A stretch of DNA of 32,000 nt from positions 251,960 through 283,959 of the forward strand of contig JAXMEL010000002.1 of NCBI GenBank assembly GCA_046348365.1, given 5' to 3'. A program made the translations under genes and the position numbers. Source of the stretch: Burkholderiaceae bacterium (GTDB lineage: Bacteria; Pseudomonadota; Gammaproteobacteria; Burkholderiales; Burkholderiaceae_C). Under the pieces are notes generated by a model, which was not told where the DNA came from, ran no database searches, and saw nothing but the letters and a program-made list of their open reading frames with translations. Positions 1-8,852 of this stretch are shown piece by piece. Numbering within the stretch: position 1 is the first letter of the stretch; each line of letters begins with the position of its first letter.

Positions 1-1194
1 GTGGTCAGCGCCGTCGACTACTTCCAGTTCGTGCCGTCGAACCCCTGGGTGGCCGTGGGCTGGCGCAAGCGCGAAGACGTGATCCTGCCGATCGCGCCGC
101 TGCTCGCGCGCAAGGGCGTCGACTTCGTCGGCCGGCCCGTGACCGCGATCGACGCCGCGGCCAACCGTCTGACGATCGACGGCGGCCAGAGCCTGGCCTA
201 CGACTACCTGGTGATCATGACCGGCCCCAAGCTCGCGTTCCAGGAGGTGCCGGGCGCCGGCCCGGGCATCTCCGGCGGCGGCGGCTTCACGCACTCGGTG
301 TGCACGGTCGATCATGCCGAAGCCTTCTTCAAGGACTACCAGGCCTTCCTGCAGAACCCGGGCCCGCTGGTCGTCGGCGCGATGCCGGGCGCCAGCTGCT
401 TCGGGCCGGCCTACGAATTCGCCTTCATCCTCGATGCCGACCTGCGCAAGAAGAAGATGCGCCACAAGGTGCCGATCACGTTCGTGACCAGCGAGCCCTA
501 CATCGGCCACCTCGGGCTCGGCGGCGTGGGCGACAGCAAGTCGCTGCTGGAGTCGGAGTTCCGCAACCACGACATCAAGTGGGTCGTCAACGCGAAGACG
601 CACAAGGTCGAGGCCGGCAAGCTCTTCGCCACCGAGATGAGCGACCGCGGCGAGCCGGTCAAGGAGCACGAGATCGGCTTCAAGCTGGCGATGATGCTGC
701 CCGCCTTCAAGGGCGTCGACGCGGTGGCTGCGGTGCCCGAGCTGTGCAACCCGCGCGGCTTCGTGCTGATCGACGAGCACCAGCGCAGCAAGAAGTACAA
801 GAACATCTTCTCGGCCGGCGTGTGCGTGGCGATCCCGCCGGTCGAGGCGACGCCGGTGGCCACCGGCGCGCCGAAGACCGGCTACATGATCGAGACCATG
901 GTCTCGGCGATCGTGCACAACATCGCCGACGAGCTGGCCGGCAAGCCCGTCACCGCCAAGGCGACGTGGAACGCGATCTGCCTGGCCGACATGGGCGACA
1001 CCGGCGCGGCGTTCGTGGCGCTGCCGCAGATCCCGCCGCGCAACGTCAACTGGTTCAAGAAGGGCAAGTGGGTGCACCTGGCCAAGATCGCCTTCGAGAA
1101 GTACTTCCTGCGCAAGATGAAGAGCGGCAGCTCGGAGCCCGCGTTCGAGAAATACGTGCTCAACGCGGTGGGCATCGCCCGGCTCGTGAAGTGA
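1..1194 (+). CDS. sqr: Sulfide:quinone oxidoreductase (SQR-type flavoprotein), 5' end cut by window edge
   Basis: The frame is open from base 1 to TGA 1192-1194. The translation carries SQR-family landmarks: redox-Cys contexts THSVCTVDHA and FSAGVCVAIPP, GAPKTGYM, and a C-terminal amphipathic KIAFEKYFLRKMK tail. The N-terminal FAD-binding fold lies outside the window. Confidence 0.85.
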   Translation: MVSAVDYFQFVPSNPWVAVGWRKREDVILPIAPLLARKGVDFVGRPVTAIDAAANRLTIDGGQSLAYDYLVIMTGPKLAFQEVPGAGPGISGGGGFTHSVCTVDHAEAFFKDYQAFLQNPGPLVVGAMPGASCFGPAYEFAFILDADLRKKKMRHKVPITFVTSEPYIGHLGLGGVGDSKSLLESEFRNHDIKWVVNAKTHKVEAGKLFATEMSDRGEPVKEHEIGFKLAMMLPAFKGVDAVAAVPELCNPRGFVLIDEHQRSKKYKNIFSAGVCVAIPPVEATPVATGAPKTGYMIETMVSAIVHNIADELAGKPVTAKATWNAICLADMGDTGAAFVALPQIPPRNVNWFKKGKWVHLAKIAFEKYFLRKMKSGSSEPAFEKYVLNAVGIARLVK

Positions 1195-1234
1195 GCGCCC
1201 GGCACAACCCATCGGAGCGACCCGGAGAACCTTG

Positions 1235-3193
1235 ATGTCCAGTTCCGCCGACAACCTCGAAACCAAACCGCTGACCTTCCGCCGCTACAAGGACGGTGAC
1301 CACAAGCACCGCCCGTGGCAGCAGGAGATCTTCGACGCCGACCACTCGCACAAGTGCCCGACCTACATCCAGAGCACGCCGCCGTGCCAGGGCAGCTGCC
1401 CGTCGGGCGAGGACATCCGCGGCTACCTGAACATCGTGCGCGGCATCGAGAAGCCGCCGGCCGGCATGGCGTGGCAGGAGTACGCGTGGCGGCGCCTCAC
1501 CGAGGCCAACCCGCTGCCGTCGGTGATGGGCCGCGTGTGCCCGGCGCCGTGCGAGTCGGGCTGCAACCGCAACCAGGTGGAAGACTTCGTCGGCATCAAC
1601 TCGGCCGAGCACTTCCTCGGCGAATGGGCGATCGAGCACAAGCTGGCGTTTGCCAAGCCCGAGCGCAAGACCGGCAAGAAGGTGGCCGTCATCGGCGGCG
1701 GGCCGGCGGGGCTGTCGGCCGCCTACCAGCTCGCGCGCAAGGGTCACGACGTCACGATCTTCGACGAGCGCGCCGAACTCGGCGGCATGATGCGCTACGG
1801 CATCCCGGGCTTTCGCACGCCGCGCGCCGTGCTCGACGCCGAGATCCAGCGCATCCTCGACCTCGGCGTGGGCGCGCGCATGAACACGCGCATCGGCACC
1901 GACATCACGCTGGAGCAGATCCGCAAGGACTTCGACGCCGTGTTCCTCGGCCTCGGCGCGCAGAACGGCCGGCCGCTGCCCTGCGAAGGCAGCGACGCAC
2001 CCAACGTGGTGACCGCCACCGCGTTCCTGAAGGCCTTCAACGACGGCCGCATGCGCCACGTCGGCAAGCGCGTGGTGGTCGTCGGCGGCGGCGACACCTC
2101 GGTCGACGTGGCCACCGTGGCGCGGCGCCTCGGCCACATCGATCAGGCGCACGAATCCGACCGCCCCGAGATGGCGATCGCCGGCTTCGCGGCGCACGAC
2201 GCCGCGACGCTGTCGGCGCGCCACGGCGCCGAGGTCACGCTGACTTCGGTGTTCGCGGTCGACAAGATGCAGGCCAGCCGCCACGAAGTGGAGCACGCGC
2301 TGGCCGAGGGCATCGCCATCCGCGGCGGCCTGGCGCCGGTGGCGGTGCTGCGCGACGCGCAGGGCCGCGCCACCGCGCTGCGCGTGGTGAAGTGCGAAGC
2401 GAAGATGACCGGCGGCCGGCTGGAGATCAAGACGCAGCCCGGCACCGAGCAGGACATCGAGGCCGACCTCATCGTCTCGGCGATCGGCCAGGCGGTGGAC
2501 TTCACCGGGCTCGAGGCGCTCGACGGCGGCAAGGGCGCGCTGGCCGCCGACAAGAACTACCAGGTGCAGGGCCAGGCGGGGCTGTTCTGCGGCGGCGACG
2601 TGATCCGCCCGCACCTGCTGACCACCGCCATCGGCCACGGCGCGATCGCCGCCGACGGCATCGACCGCCACCTGCGCGGCGAGCCGCAGGACAAGCGGCC
2701 CAAGGTCGACGTGCATGCCTTCGACCTGATGCGCAAGCTGGTCGAGAAGGGCATCAAGCTGACTGACGTGTCGGAGCCGATGCGCGGCACCGACGCGTCG
2801 ACCGGTGCGGTGCACAACTTCGACAACCGCTCCGACCGCTACGTGATCCCGCACGGCGAGCTGTTCCTCGGCCACTTCCCGTTCACGCCGCGCAACAAGC
2901 GCAAGGTGATCACGCTGACCAAGGAGCAGGCGCTCGACAACTTCGAGGAGCGCATGCTGCCGCTGCTCGAGGCGCAGGCTGTAGGCGAGGCCAAGCGCTG
3001 CATGAGCTGCGGGCTGTGCTTCGAGTGCGACAACTGCGTCGTCTACTGTCCGCAGACGGCCGTGTTCAAGGTGCCCAAATCCAAGAGCACGACCGGCCGC
3101 TACGTCGACACCGACTACACCAAGTGCGTCGGCTGCCACATCTGCAAGGATGTCTGCCCCACCGGCTACATCCAGATGGGCCTGGGCGAGTGA
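1235..3193 (+). CDS. dsrL: DsrL, GltD-like NAD(P)H:acceptor oxidoreductase with C-terminal 2x[4Fe-4S] ferredoxin domain
   Basis: ATG 1235 lies about 6 nt after GGAGA; TTG 1232 is also in frame. The 652-aa product has N-terminal Cys clusters (CPTYIQSTPPCQGSCPSGED, CPAPCESGC). It has two dinucleotide folds (VAVIGGGPAGLSAA, VVVVGGGDTSVDVA) and C-terminal motifs CMSCGLCFECDNCVVYCP and CVGCHICKDVCP. dsrJOPN follow directly. Confidence 0.8.
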   Translation: MSSSADNLETKPLTFRRYKDGDHKHRPWQQEIFDADHSHKCPTYIQSTPPCQGSCPSGEDIRGYLNIVRGIEKPPAGMAWQEYAWRRLTEANPLPSVMGRVCPAPCESGCNRNQVEDFVGINSAEHFLGEWAIEHKLAFAKPERKTGKKVAVIGGGPAGLSAAYQLARKGHDVTIFDERAELGGMMRYGIPGFRTPRAVLDAEIQRILDLGVGARMNTRIGTDITLEQIRKDFDAVFLGLGAQNGRPLPCEGSDAPNVVTATAFLKAFNDGRMRHVGKRVVVVGGGDTSVDVATVARRLGHIDQAHESDRPEMAIAGFAAHDAATLSARHGAEVTLTSVFAVDKMQASRHEVEHALAEGIAIRGGLAPVAVLRDAQGRATALRVVKCEAKMTGGRLEIKTQPGTEQDIEADLIVSAIGQAVDFTGLEALDGGKGALAADKNYQVQGQAGLFCGGDVIRPHLLTTAIGHGAIAADGIDRHLRGEPQDKRPKVDVHAFDLMRKLVEKGIKLTDVSEPMRGTDASTGAVHNFDNRSDRYVIPHGELFLGHFPFTPRNKRKVITLTKEQALDNFEERMLPLLEAQAVGEAKRCMSCGLCFECDNCVVYCPQTAVFKVPKSKSTTGRYVDTDYTKCVGCHICKDVCPTGYIQMGLGE

Positions 3194-3197
3194 CTCC

Positions 3198-3578
3198 ATG
3201 CGCCGCTGGCTGCTCGCGCTGCTGACCTGCACGGCCGTCGCGGCCGTCGCTGCCGACGGTGCCGCGCGCGGCCTCGGCCCGGCGATCGAGAAGGCACGCC
3301 AGGGCGAGCGCTGCGTCGACGACACGGCGACGATGCGCCGCTCGCACATGACGATGCTGACGCACCAGCGCGACGCCACGGTGCACGGCGGCATCCGCGG
3401 CGCGAAGCACAGCCTGAAGGGCTGCATCGACTGCCATGCCAGCCGCACGAGCGGCAGCGTCGCGGCGGCACCGGGCGACTTCTGCGTCAGCTGCCACGCC
3501 TATGCGGCTGTGCACATCGACTGCTTCGAGTGCCATGCGTCCAAGCCCGTGCGAACCACAGCGGTGAAGGCGCCATGA
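3198..3578 (+). CDS. dsrJ: DsrJ, periplasmic triheme cytochrome c
   Basis: ATG 3198 lies 4 nt after the dsrL stop. The product has a signal peptide (MRRWLLALLTCTAVAAVAA) and three CxxCH motifs (CIDCH, CVSCH, CFECH). It is 126 aa and sits in the canonical position between dsrL and dsrO. Confidence 0.8.
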   Translation: MRRWLLALLTCTAVAAVAADGAARGLGPAIEKARQGERCVDDTATMRRSHMTMLTHQRDATVHGGIRGAKHSLKGCIDCHASRTSGSVAAAPGDFCVSCHAYAAVHIDCFECHASKPVRTTAVKAP

Positions 3579-4318
3579 GCGACACCAAGCGCCGCGGATT
3601 TCTTGGCACGGCCGCGGCCGCGCTCGGCGGCGTGGCGCTGGCGCCCGGCATCCGGCTGATCGAGGTCGCGCGCGCCGCGCCAACCACCCCGGCCGCCAGT
3701 GCCGGCGCTAACCCCAAGGTGCGCTGGGGCCTGCTGGTCGACACCACCAAGTGCGCCGAGGGCTGCACCGACTGCGTCGGCGCCTGCCAGGCCGAGAACG
3801 GCCTCGCCGCGCCGACGCGCTCGACCGATGCGCAGTGGATCCGCAAGGTCGAGATCAAGGAGCTGAAGACCGGCCGCCGCGCCTCGGTGCCGGTGATGTG
3901 CCAGCACTGCGCCGAGCCGCCGTGCGTCGACGTCTGCCCCACCGGTGCCTCGTTCAAGCGCGCCGACGGCATCGTGCTGGTCGATCGCCACATCTGCATC
4001 GGCTGCCGCTACTGCATGATGGCCTGCCCGTACAAGGCACGCTCGTTCGTGCACGAGCCGCTCGCCAATCAGTTGCCCGACGTGCCGCGCGGCAAGGGCT
4101 GCGTCGAGAACTGCACGCTGTGCGTGCAGCGCATCGACCGCGGCGAGAAGACCACCGCCTGCACCGAGGCCTGCACCAAGGCCGGCCATGGCGCGATCGT
4201 GTTCGGCGACCTCGCCGATCCGGCGAGCGAGATCTCGCGCCGCGTGCGCGAAGCGGGGTCGACGCAACTGCGCGCCGACCTGCGGCTCGACCCCGGCGTG
4301 CGCTACCAGGGGCTCTAG
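3575..4318 (+). CDS. dsrO: DsrO, Tat-exported 4x[4Fe-4S] ferredoxin-like subunit
   Basis: The start shares an ATGA overlap with the dsrJ stop. The product has a twin-arginine signal (KRRGFLGTAAAA) and Cys-cluster motifs CAEGCTDCVGAC, CQHCAEPPCVDVCP and CIGCRYCMMACP, plus CTLCVQR. This matches the PsrB/NrfC-like family. Confidence 0.85.
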   Translation: MSDTKRRGFLGTAAAALGGVALAPGIRLIEVARAAPTTPAASAGANPKVRWGLLVDTTKCAEGCTDCVGACQAENGLAAPTRSTDAQWIRKVEIKELKTGRRASVPVMCQHCAEPPCVDVCPTGASFKRADGIVLVDRHICIGCRYCMMACPYKARSFVHEPLANQLPDVPRGKGCVENCTLCVQRIDRGEKTTACTEACTKAGHGAIVFGDLADPASEISRRVREAGSTQLRADLRLDPGVRYQGL

Positions 4319-5530
4319 ATGAACAGCGACCCTCTGTTCGGCAACCGCTTCCAGCGCGTCGAATCGCGCCTGTTCTGGCTGCTGCTCGCGGCGGGCGGCG
4401 CGCTCACCGTCGTGGGCCTGCTGGCCGCGCACACGATGGAGCAGCACGGCCACGCCATCACCGGCATGGACAACCAGGTGGTGTGGGGAGCGCCGCACGT
4501 GTTCGCGATCTTCATGATCGTGGCCGCCTCCGGCGTGCTCAACGTGGCCTCGATCGGCTCGGTGTTCGGCGAGCCGGTCTACAAGAAGCGCGCGCCGCTG
4601 TCGGGCCTGCTGTGCCTCACGCTGCTGGCCGGCGGCCTGATGGTGCTGATGCTCGACCTCGGCCGCCCCGACCGCGTGATCGTCGCCGCCACGCGCTACA
4701 ACTTCAGCTCGGTGTTCGCGTGGAACGTGTTTCTCTACAGCGGCATGTTCGCCATCGTGGCGATCTACCTGTGGACGATGTTCGAGCGCCGCATGAACGC
4801 GTATTCCAAGCCGGCCGGCATCGCCGCGCTGATCTGGCGCTTCGTGCTGACCACCGGCACCGGCTCGATCTTCGGCTTCCTGGTCGCGCGCCAGGCGTAT
4901 CAGTCGGCGCTGCTGGCGCCGCTGTTCATCGTGCTGTCGTTCGGCTGGGGGCTGGCCGTCTTCCTGCTCGCGCAGTCGTCGATGTACGCGTGGAACGCGC
5001 GCCGGCTCGACGCCGCGGTGCAGCGGCGGCTGGCGCGGCTGCTGGGCGTGTTCGTCGCCGCGGCGCTGTACCTGGTGGCCGTCTATCACATGACCAACGG
5101 CTACTTCGCGCGCCAGGCCGGCTTCGAGGCCTTCATCCTGCTCGGGCGCAACGGCGGCGGCGCCTATGCCACGCTGTTCTGGCTCGGCTACGTGGTGCTC
5201 GGTTCGGTGCTGCCGCTGGTGCTGCTGTTCGGGCCGGCCGCCGGCAGCGCGCGCGCTGTGCTGGCGGCGGCGCTGGCCGTGGTGCTCGGCGCCTTTGCCT
5301 TCCTCGGCGTCTTCGTCATCGGCGGGCAGGTGTTCCCGCTCGAGATCTTTCCCGGGCACGAGGCGCGCAGCACGTTCGGCGACGGTGCGGTGGCGCACTA
5401 CGCGCCGAGCTGGCCCGAGCTGCTGCTGGGCCTCGGCGGCCTGGGCGCCGCCTTCGTGCTGACCACCGTGGGCGTGCGCGTGCTCGACTTCCTGCCGCAG
5501 GACGACCTGCCGCCGAAGGAGGCGCCGTGA
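4319..5530 (+). CDS. dsrP: DsrP, NrfD/PsrC-like polytopic quinone-interacting membrane subunit
   Basis: The ATG immediately follows the dsrO TAG. The 403-aa product is highly hydrophobic with about 10 predicted TM stretches, and it occupies the dsrJOP position. Confidence 0.85.
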   Translation: MNSDPLFGNRFQRVESRLFWLLLAAGGALTVVGLLAAHTMEQHGHAITGMDNQVVWGAPHVFAIFMIVAASGVLNVASIGSVFGEPVYKKRAPLSGLLCLTLLAGGLMVLMLDLGRPDRVIVAATRYNFSSVFAWNVFLYSGMFAIVAIYLWTMFERRMNAYSKPAGIAALIWRFVLTTGTGSIFGFLVARQAYQSALLAPLFIVLSFGWGLAVFLLAQSSMYAWNARRLDAAVQRRLARLLGVFVAAALYLVAVYHMTNGYFARQAGFEAFILLGRNGGGAYATLFWLGYVVLGSVLPLVLLFGPAAGSARAVLAAALAVVLGAFAFLGVFVIGGQVFPLEIFPGHEARSTFGDGAVAHYAPSWPELLLGLGGLGAAFVLTTVGVRVLDFLPQDDLPPKEAP

Positions 5531-6948
5531 AGCTGCCGCGCCTGCTGATCTCGGCGGCGCACAAGTCGTCGGGCAAGACCACGCTCACGATCGGCCTCGC
5601 GCGCGCCTTCGCGCGGCGCGGCCTGCGCGTGCAGACCTTCAAGAAGGGGCCCGACTACATCGATCCGATGTGGCTCGCGCGCGCCAGCGGCCGCGCCTGC
5701 ATCAACCTCGACCCGCACCTGATGCACGACGGCGAGATCGCCGCCGCGCTGCCGCGCCATGCCGGCGACGCCGATCTGGCGCTGGTGGAGGGCAACAAGG
5801 GCCTGTACGACGGCCTGGCGCTCGACGGCAGCAACAGCAACGCCGCGCTGGCGCACCGGCTCGATCTGCCGGTCGTGCTGGTGCTCGACGCGCGCGGCAT
5901 GACGCGCGGCATCGCGCCGCTGGTCCTCGGCTACCAGGCCTTCGACCGCGGCCTGGCCATCGGCGGCGTGATCCTCAACCAGCTCGGCGGCTCGCGCCAC
6001 GAGGCCAAGCTGCGCGCGGTGATCGAGCACTACACCGATGTCAGCGTGCTCGGCGCGCTGCCGCACGACGAGCGCCTGGCGATGACCGAGCGCCACCTCG
6101 GGCTGCTCACGGTGGCCGAGGCCGGCGATGCCGACGCGCGCATCGACGCCATGGCGAGCGCCGTCGCCGCGCAGGTGGATCTCGATCGCGTGCTCGCGCT
6201 CGCCGCCACTGCGCCGCCGTGGCCGCTGGTGGCGCTGCCGCAGGAGCCGGCGCCGGCGAGCGCAGCCGCGCGGCTGCGCATCGGCATCGCGCGCGACGCC
6301 GCCTTCGGCTTCTACTATCCCGACGATCTCGCGGCGCTGGAGGCCGCGGGCGCCGCGCTGGTGCCGATCGACATGCTGCACGACACGCGGCTGCCGGCGC
6401 TCGAGGGTCTGTTTATCGGCGGCGGCTTCCCCGAGACCGCGATGGCCGCGCTGGAAGCCAATGCCGCGCTGCGCGCCGAACTGCGCCGCGCCATCGAGGC
6501 CGGGCTGCCCACCTATGCCGAATGCGGCGGGCTGATGTTCCTGGCGCGCTCGATCCGCTGGGGCGACCGCGTGGCGCAGATGGTCGGCGCGATTCCCGGC
6601 GACGCGGTGATGCATCCGCGCCCGATGGGCCGCGGCTACGTGCAGGTGGAAGAAACCGCCGCCTTCCCGTGGCCGACGCTCGACGGCGCGCCCGCCGCGG
6701 GCAGCCTGCGCCAGGGCCATGAGTTCCATCACTCGAGCCTCGAGGCGCTGGATCCCGGCGTGAGCTTCGCCTACCGCATGCGGCGCGGCCACGGCATCGA
6801 CGGCCGCAACGACGGGCTGACGCTGCACCGGCTGCTCGCCTCGTACACGCACCTGCGCGCCACCGGCGGCAACGCGTGGCCGCAGCGCTTCATGGCCTAC
6901 GTGCGTGCGGCGCGGCAGCAGGCGGCGCAGCGCGCTCAGGCGGCCTGA
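5527..6948 (+). CDS. dsrN: DsrN, cobyrinic acid a,c-diamide synthase family (siroheme amidase)
   Basis: GTG 5527 overlaps the dsrP stop (GTGA). The product has an N-terminal P-loop (AAHKSSGKTTLTIGLARA), a CobB/CbiA-type ATPase and a C-terminal glutamine amidotransferase region (YAECGGLMFL). Only the C-terminal 473 codons of the 1065-aa track ORF 3751-6948 are this gene. Confidence 0.8.
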   Translation: MKLPRLLISAAHKSSGKTTLTIGLARAFARRGLRVQTFKKGPDYIDPMWLARASGRACINLDPHLMHDGEIAAALPRHAGDADLALVEGNKGLYDGLALDGSNSNAALAHRLDLPVVLVLDARGMTRGIAPLVLGYQAFDRGLAIGGVILNQLGGSRHEAKLRAVIEHYTDVSVLGALPHDERLAMTERHLGLLTVAEAGDADARIDAMASAVAAQVDLDRVLALAATAPPWPLVALPQEPAPASAAARLRIGIARDAAFGFYYPDDLAALEAAGAALVPIDMLHDTRLPALEGLFIGGGFPETAMAALEANAALRAELRRAIEAGLPTYAECGGLMFLARSIRWGDRVAQMVGAIPGDAVMHPRPMGRGYVQVEETAAFPWPTLDGAPAAGSLRQGHEFHHSSLEALDPGVSFAYRMRRGHGIDGRNDGLTLHRLLASYTHLRATGGNAWPQRFMAYVRAARQQAAQRAQAA

Positions 6949-6955
6949 ATCGACG

Positions 6956-7327
6956 ATGAGCACCGCACGATCGCCCACACCGTCGCACGAGCACCACGTG
7001 ATGGTCGACGGCCGGCCGATCGCCGTCGACAGCGAGGGCTACCTGCTGCATCTGTCGGACTGGTCCGAAGCCTTCGCGCGCGCGCTCGCCGCGCGCGAGG
7101 GCCTGGTGCTCACGGCCGATCACTGGGAGCTGATCCGCTTCCTGCGCGAGCACTACGCCGAGCACGGCGTGCAGCCGCAGGTGCGCGTGATGATCCGCCA
7201 CTTCAGCGCGCGCTGGGGCCGCGAGCGCGGCAGCAACCACCACCTGCACGAGCTGTTTCCGCGCGGCGGGCCGCAGAAGCAGGGCAACCGGCTCGCCGGC
7301 CTGCTGCGCACCAAGGGCGAACACTGA
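6956..7327 (+). CDS. DsrC/TusE-family protein lacking both conserved C-terminal cysteines (no Cys at all)
   Basis: ATG 6956 lies 8 nt after the dsrN stop. The 123-aa product has the family core [15 protein letters not shown]...[12 protein letters not shown]...[13 protein letters not shown]. The tail is [14 protein letters not shown], whereas TusE/DsrC have ...K(A/C)..IAGLPKP.(G/K)C(V/I). Confidence 0.75.
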   Translation: MSTARSPTPSHEHHVMVDGRPIAVDSEGYLLHLSDWSEAFARALAAREGLVLTADHWELIRFLREHYAEHGVQPQVRVMIRHFSARWGRERGSNHHLHELFPRGGPQKQGNRLAGLLRTKGEH

Positions 7328-7338
7328 AGGCCGCGGCG

Positions 7339-8193
7339 ATGAACGACTTCGTCGACCTCCAGCGGCTGCTGCGGCGCGACGCCAAGGCCGCAGCGTCACC
7401 CGGCGGCGCGCAACAAGGCCGCGTCGTCCTGGTCGGCGCCGGCCCCGGCGACCCCGATCTGCTGACGCTGCGCGCGGCGCGGCTGCTGGCGTGCGCCGAC
7501 GTGGTGGTCTACGACCATCTGGTGGGCGACGGCGTGCTGGCGCTGATCGGGCCGCAGGCCGAGCGCATCTACGCCGGCAAGCAGCGCGCGAACCACGCGC
7601 TGCCGCAGCACGACATCAACACGCTGCTGGTGAGCCTGGCCCGCGCCGGGCGGCAGGTCGTGCGCCTGAAGGGCGGCGACCCGTTCGTCTTCGGCCGCGG
7701 CGGCGAGGAGCTGCAGGCGCTGGCCGAGGCCGGCATCGCGTTCGAGGTCGTGCCGGGCATCACCGCCGCCTGCGGCGTGGCCAGCTATGCCGGCATCCCG
7801 CTGACGCATCGCGACCATGCGCAATCGGTGCTGTTCGCCACCGGCCACCTCAAGGACGGCAGCTGCGACCTCGACTGGCCCGCGCTGGCGCGGCCGCGGC
7901 AGACGACGGTGATCTACATGGGCCTGGCCGGTCTGGCCGGGATCTGTGCGCAGCTCGTCGCGCACGGCCTGCCGCCGCACACGCCGGCGGCGGTGGTCGA
8001 GCAGGGCACGACACCGCGGCAGCGCGTGGTCAGCGCCACGTTGGCCGAGCTGCCCGCGCGCGTCGCCGCGGCCGGGCTGCAAACGCCTTGCCTGACGATC
8101 GTCGGCGACGTCGTGCGGCTGCGCGATCGGCTGGCGTGGTTCGGCGAATCCGTTCGCGAGGGCGCGCCTCAGCGCCCGGCGCCACCCGTCTGA
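7339..8193 (+). CDS. cobA: Uroporphyrinogen-III C-methyltransferase (siroheme branch)
   Basis: The 284-aa product has the SUMT signature [18 protein letters not shown], plus [22 protein letters not shown] and VPGITAA. Confidence 0.85.
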   Translation: MNDFVDLQRLLRRDAKAAASPGGAQQGRVVLVGAGPGDPDLLTLRAARLLACADVVVYDHLVGDGVLALIGPQAERIYAGKQRANHALPQHDINTLLVSLARAGRQVVRLKGGDPFVFGRGGEELQALAEAGIAFEVVPGITAACGVASYAGIPLTHRDHAQSVLFATGHLKDGSCDLDWPALARPRQTTVIYMGLAGLAGICAQLVAHGLPPHTPAAVVEQGTTPRQRVVSATLAELPARVAAAGLQTPCLTIVGDVVRLRDRLAWFGESVREGAPQRPAPPV

Positions 8194-8852
8194 CCCTCGC
8201 GCGCGCGCGCCTCGACGGCGAACACCGCCGCCTCGACGCGCGAGCTGAGGTTCAGCTTCGACAGGATGTGCCGCACGTGCAGCTTCACCGTGTCGTGGCT
8301 GATGTCGAGCGTGCGCGCGATCGCCTTGTTGCTCGCGCCGCGCGCCAGGTGGTCGAGGATCTGGCGCTCGCGCTCGGTCAGCGAGCCCAGCAGGTCGCGC
8401 CGGTCGTCGCCCTTGCCGCCGCCTTGCAGCATCTGCGCCAGCTTCAGCGTCATCGCCGGCGCCACGGTGAGTTCGCCGCGCGCGGCACGCTCGATCGCGG
8501 CGACGATCTCCTCGGGCTCCATGTCCTTGAGCAGGTAGCCGCGCACGCCGGCGCGCAGCGCCGCGCCGAGATCGGCCTCGGCGTCGCTCATCGTCAGGAT
8601 CAGCGCCGGCGTGTCGATGCCCTCGGCGCGCAGCCGGCGCAGCAGCGTCAGGCCGTCGGTGGCCGGCATGCGCAGGTCGAGCACCAGCAGGTCGGGCTTG
8701 TGCTCGCGCAGCACCGGCGCGACCTGGTTGGGGTCGCCGAGCGCCGCGATGACGCTGATCTGCGTGCGGTGGTGCAGCAGGTCCGACAGGCCGCTGCGGC
8801 ACAGCGCATGGTCGTCGACCAGGACCACGCGCAACGGCGCGGCCGCGTTCAT
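8169..8852 (-). CDS. NarL/FixJ-type response regulator (receiver + LuxR HTH)
   Basis: The start is at [15 protein letters not shown] (cat at 8850-8852), forming an ATGA overlap with the upstream kinase stop. The receiver has the motif [10 protein letters not shown]. The C-terminal part has [22 protein letters not shown]. The 3' end overlaps cobA convergently by 25 nt. Confidence 0.85.
   Translation of the reverse strand: MNAAAPLRVVLVDDHALCRSGLSDLLHHRTQISVIAALGDPNQVAPVLREHKPDLLVLDLRMPATDGLTLLRRLRAEGIDTPALILTMSDAEADLGAALRAGVRGYLLKDMEPEEIVAAIERAARGELTVAPAMTLKLAQMLQGGGKGDDRRDLLGSLTERERQILDHLARGASNKAIARTLDISHDTVKLHVRHILSKLNLSSRVEAAVFAVEARAREGQTGGAGR

Noticed and set aside
1160-3448. The track shows very long ORFs antisense or out of frame to the called genes. 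Examples are 1160-3448(-), 3500-5398(-), 5398-6978(-), 7396-8802(-), 7491-8903(+), 8873-10111(+), 12833-14932(-), 13642-15504(+, upstream part), 16073-17116(-), 17460-19064(-), 17585-19558(+, upstream part), 20446-22926(+), 21383-23623(-), 24009-25013(-), 25249-26523(-), 28416-31253(+, upstream part), 28420-29853(-) and 29418-31511(-).
   Set aside because: Their translations are Arg/Ala/Gly/Pro-rich low-complexity strings (RRRR, GRRA and similar) with no recognisable motifs. They overlap genes with clear family signatures and higher GC3. These are typical stop-codon-poor shadow frames of about 70% GC DNA.
3751-6948. A 1065-aa ORF spans dsrO, dsrP and dsrN.
   Set aside because: Only the last 473 codons, from GTG 5527, encode a recognisable protein (DsrN/CobB-like). 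The upstream part is an alternate-frame read-through of dsrO and dsrP.
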